Shown here one piece after another: positions 63,053 through 64,000 of a stretch of 64,000 nucleotides of DNA. Where the stretch lies: the NCBI RefSeq assembly GCF_004010195.1, contig NC_057719.1, positions 80,054,709-80,118,708 of the forward strand, written 5' to 3'. Origin of the DNA: Chiloscyllium plagiosum. Its lineage: Eukaryota. The translations under genes were made by a program, and so were the position numbers. The notes under the pieces were generated by a model. The model had not been told where the DNA came from. It ran no database searches and was given only the letters and a program-made list of their open reading frames with translations. Numbering within the stretch: position 1 is the stretch's first letter; each line of letters starts with the position of its first letter.

Positions 63053-64000
63053 AAGGAGGATTCTAAGGAGACTGGAGAGGTGTGCAGGAAATTCCTGAAT
63101 CTGGGTCTCGGATGGCAGTTGTGGCTTCAGCTCATGGTTATTTAAAATTTTGAGGATGCACAAGAGACCAGAATTGGTAGTGTAGGAATATGGCCTGTAC
63201 AGAGATGGGATGTAATGTATATACACCTTTGTACACTGCTGACAACAGAGCAGTAGTCCTACAGGTCAGAAGTATCTATATAGCCTTCCAGTTACATTAT
63301 TTGCTATAGCATTATCGTAATGCAGCAGTCAATATGGTAGTGATTCCCTTTTCAAAGGGAGTAAGGCATTTTTGTATTGAAACTGTGTTAAGTAAAAACT
63401 CTTGAAACATCTGAGAATGAATTAACCAAAAAATGTTTGATAAGGCAGAAAGCCTGATTTTGTAGAATTGAACAGCCTTTATTGTCACATACATTCAGAG
63501 TATAATGAAACATTTATACCTTGCCAATTGGAGTGCTGACTTAGATACAAAAGTACCAAGGCATTTAGGGTTGGAGAGTAAATGCTGGACTAGTCAAAGA
63601 CACCCTCGTCCTGTGAATGAATAAAAAAACTCATCTACATACTCTTATATCAACGTAATGACTGAAAATGAGTCTGGTAACTTAACTTTTTAGATATGGA
63701 CACTCTCTTTAAAGCATTGCCAGGTCCACAAGTATTAGTCGCAAAATGAGCTTTCCTGAACTGCTGTGATCTCCCATTTGAGGTAGAGTCCATTGTTTCA
63801 GCTGAATCAGGCTCTGCCCACAGAAAATACAAAGTAAAACACTGCAGAAGCATGAGTGTAAATGAGTAATGTTAAAAAGCAAACTTAAATTTCCCAAACT
63901 GTTCAGCTAGTTCATCTGATTCAGTTTGGATTACATGGATAAGTAACAGAAACTGGACTGGGCTTTTAAAACAGGAGGGGTTTGATTGCTGCTAACAGGA

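Noticed and set aside
1..64000. CRISPR arrays, prokaryotic systems, intronic snoRNA or miRNA genes, and the remaining short ORFs
   Set aside because: No repeat-spacer arrays or operons seen; no snoRNA or miRNA could be supported by eye (an Rfam scan is needed); the other ORFs are repeat-derived or chance

Overview
Eukaryotic (vertebrate) genomic DNA, AT-rich and repeat-dense. The repeat families (HE1/V-SINE, CR1/HER1-type LINEs, Penelope-like elements) point to a cartilaginous fish, plausibly a shark; this is inference. The window holds the 3' two-thirds of BUB1B (BUBR1, spindle assembly checkpoint protein) on the + strand. I traced 17 coding exons from 304 to 58866, all with GT-AG boundaries and consistent phases, giving 2406 nt (801 aa plus stop). 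They encode ABBA motifs, the GLEBS/BUB3-binding region, the STP Polo-docking site, the KARD and a degenerate kinase domain. The 5' exons lie upstream of the window. Introns contain CR1 LINEs, a second LINE family, V-SINEs, a Gmr1-like Gypsy remnant and many Penelope-like elements (PLEs), and there is a 550-nt N gap. Points of interest: (1) the catalytic Asp of the kinase domain is Gly (HGG); (2) a second, tandem LSPIxE PP2A-B56 docking motif; (3) an old ~210-bp inverted repeat bracketing the DFG-equivalent exon, interrupted by a later SINE; (4) three families of PLE-derived fold-back elements carrying minimal hammerhead ribozyme motifs, some on both strands and with intact target-site duplications; (5) an apparently extra symmetric exon and a recent 221-bp tandem duplication. 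Repeat boundaries are approximate and all identifications were made by eye, without database searches.
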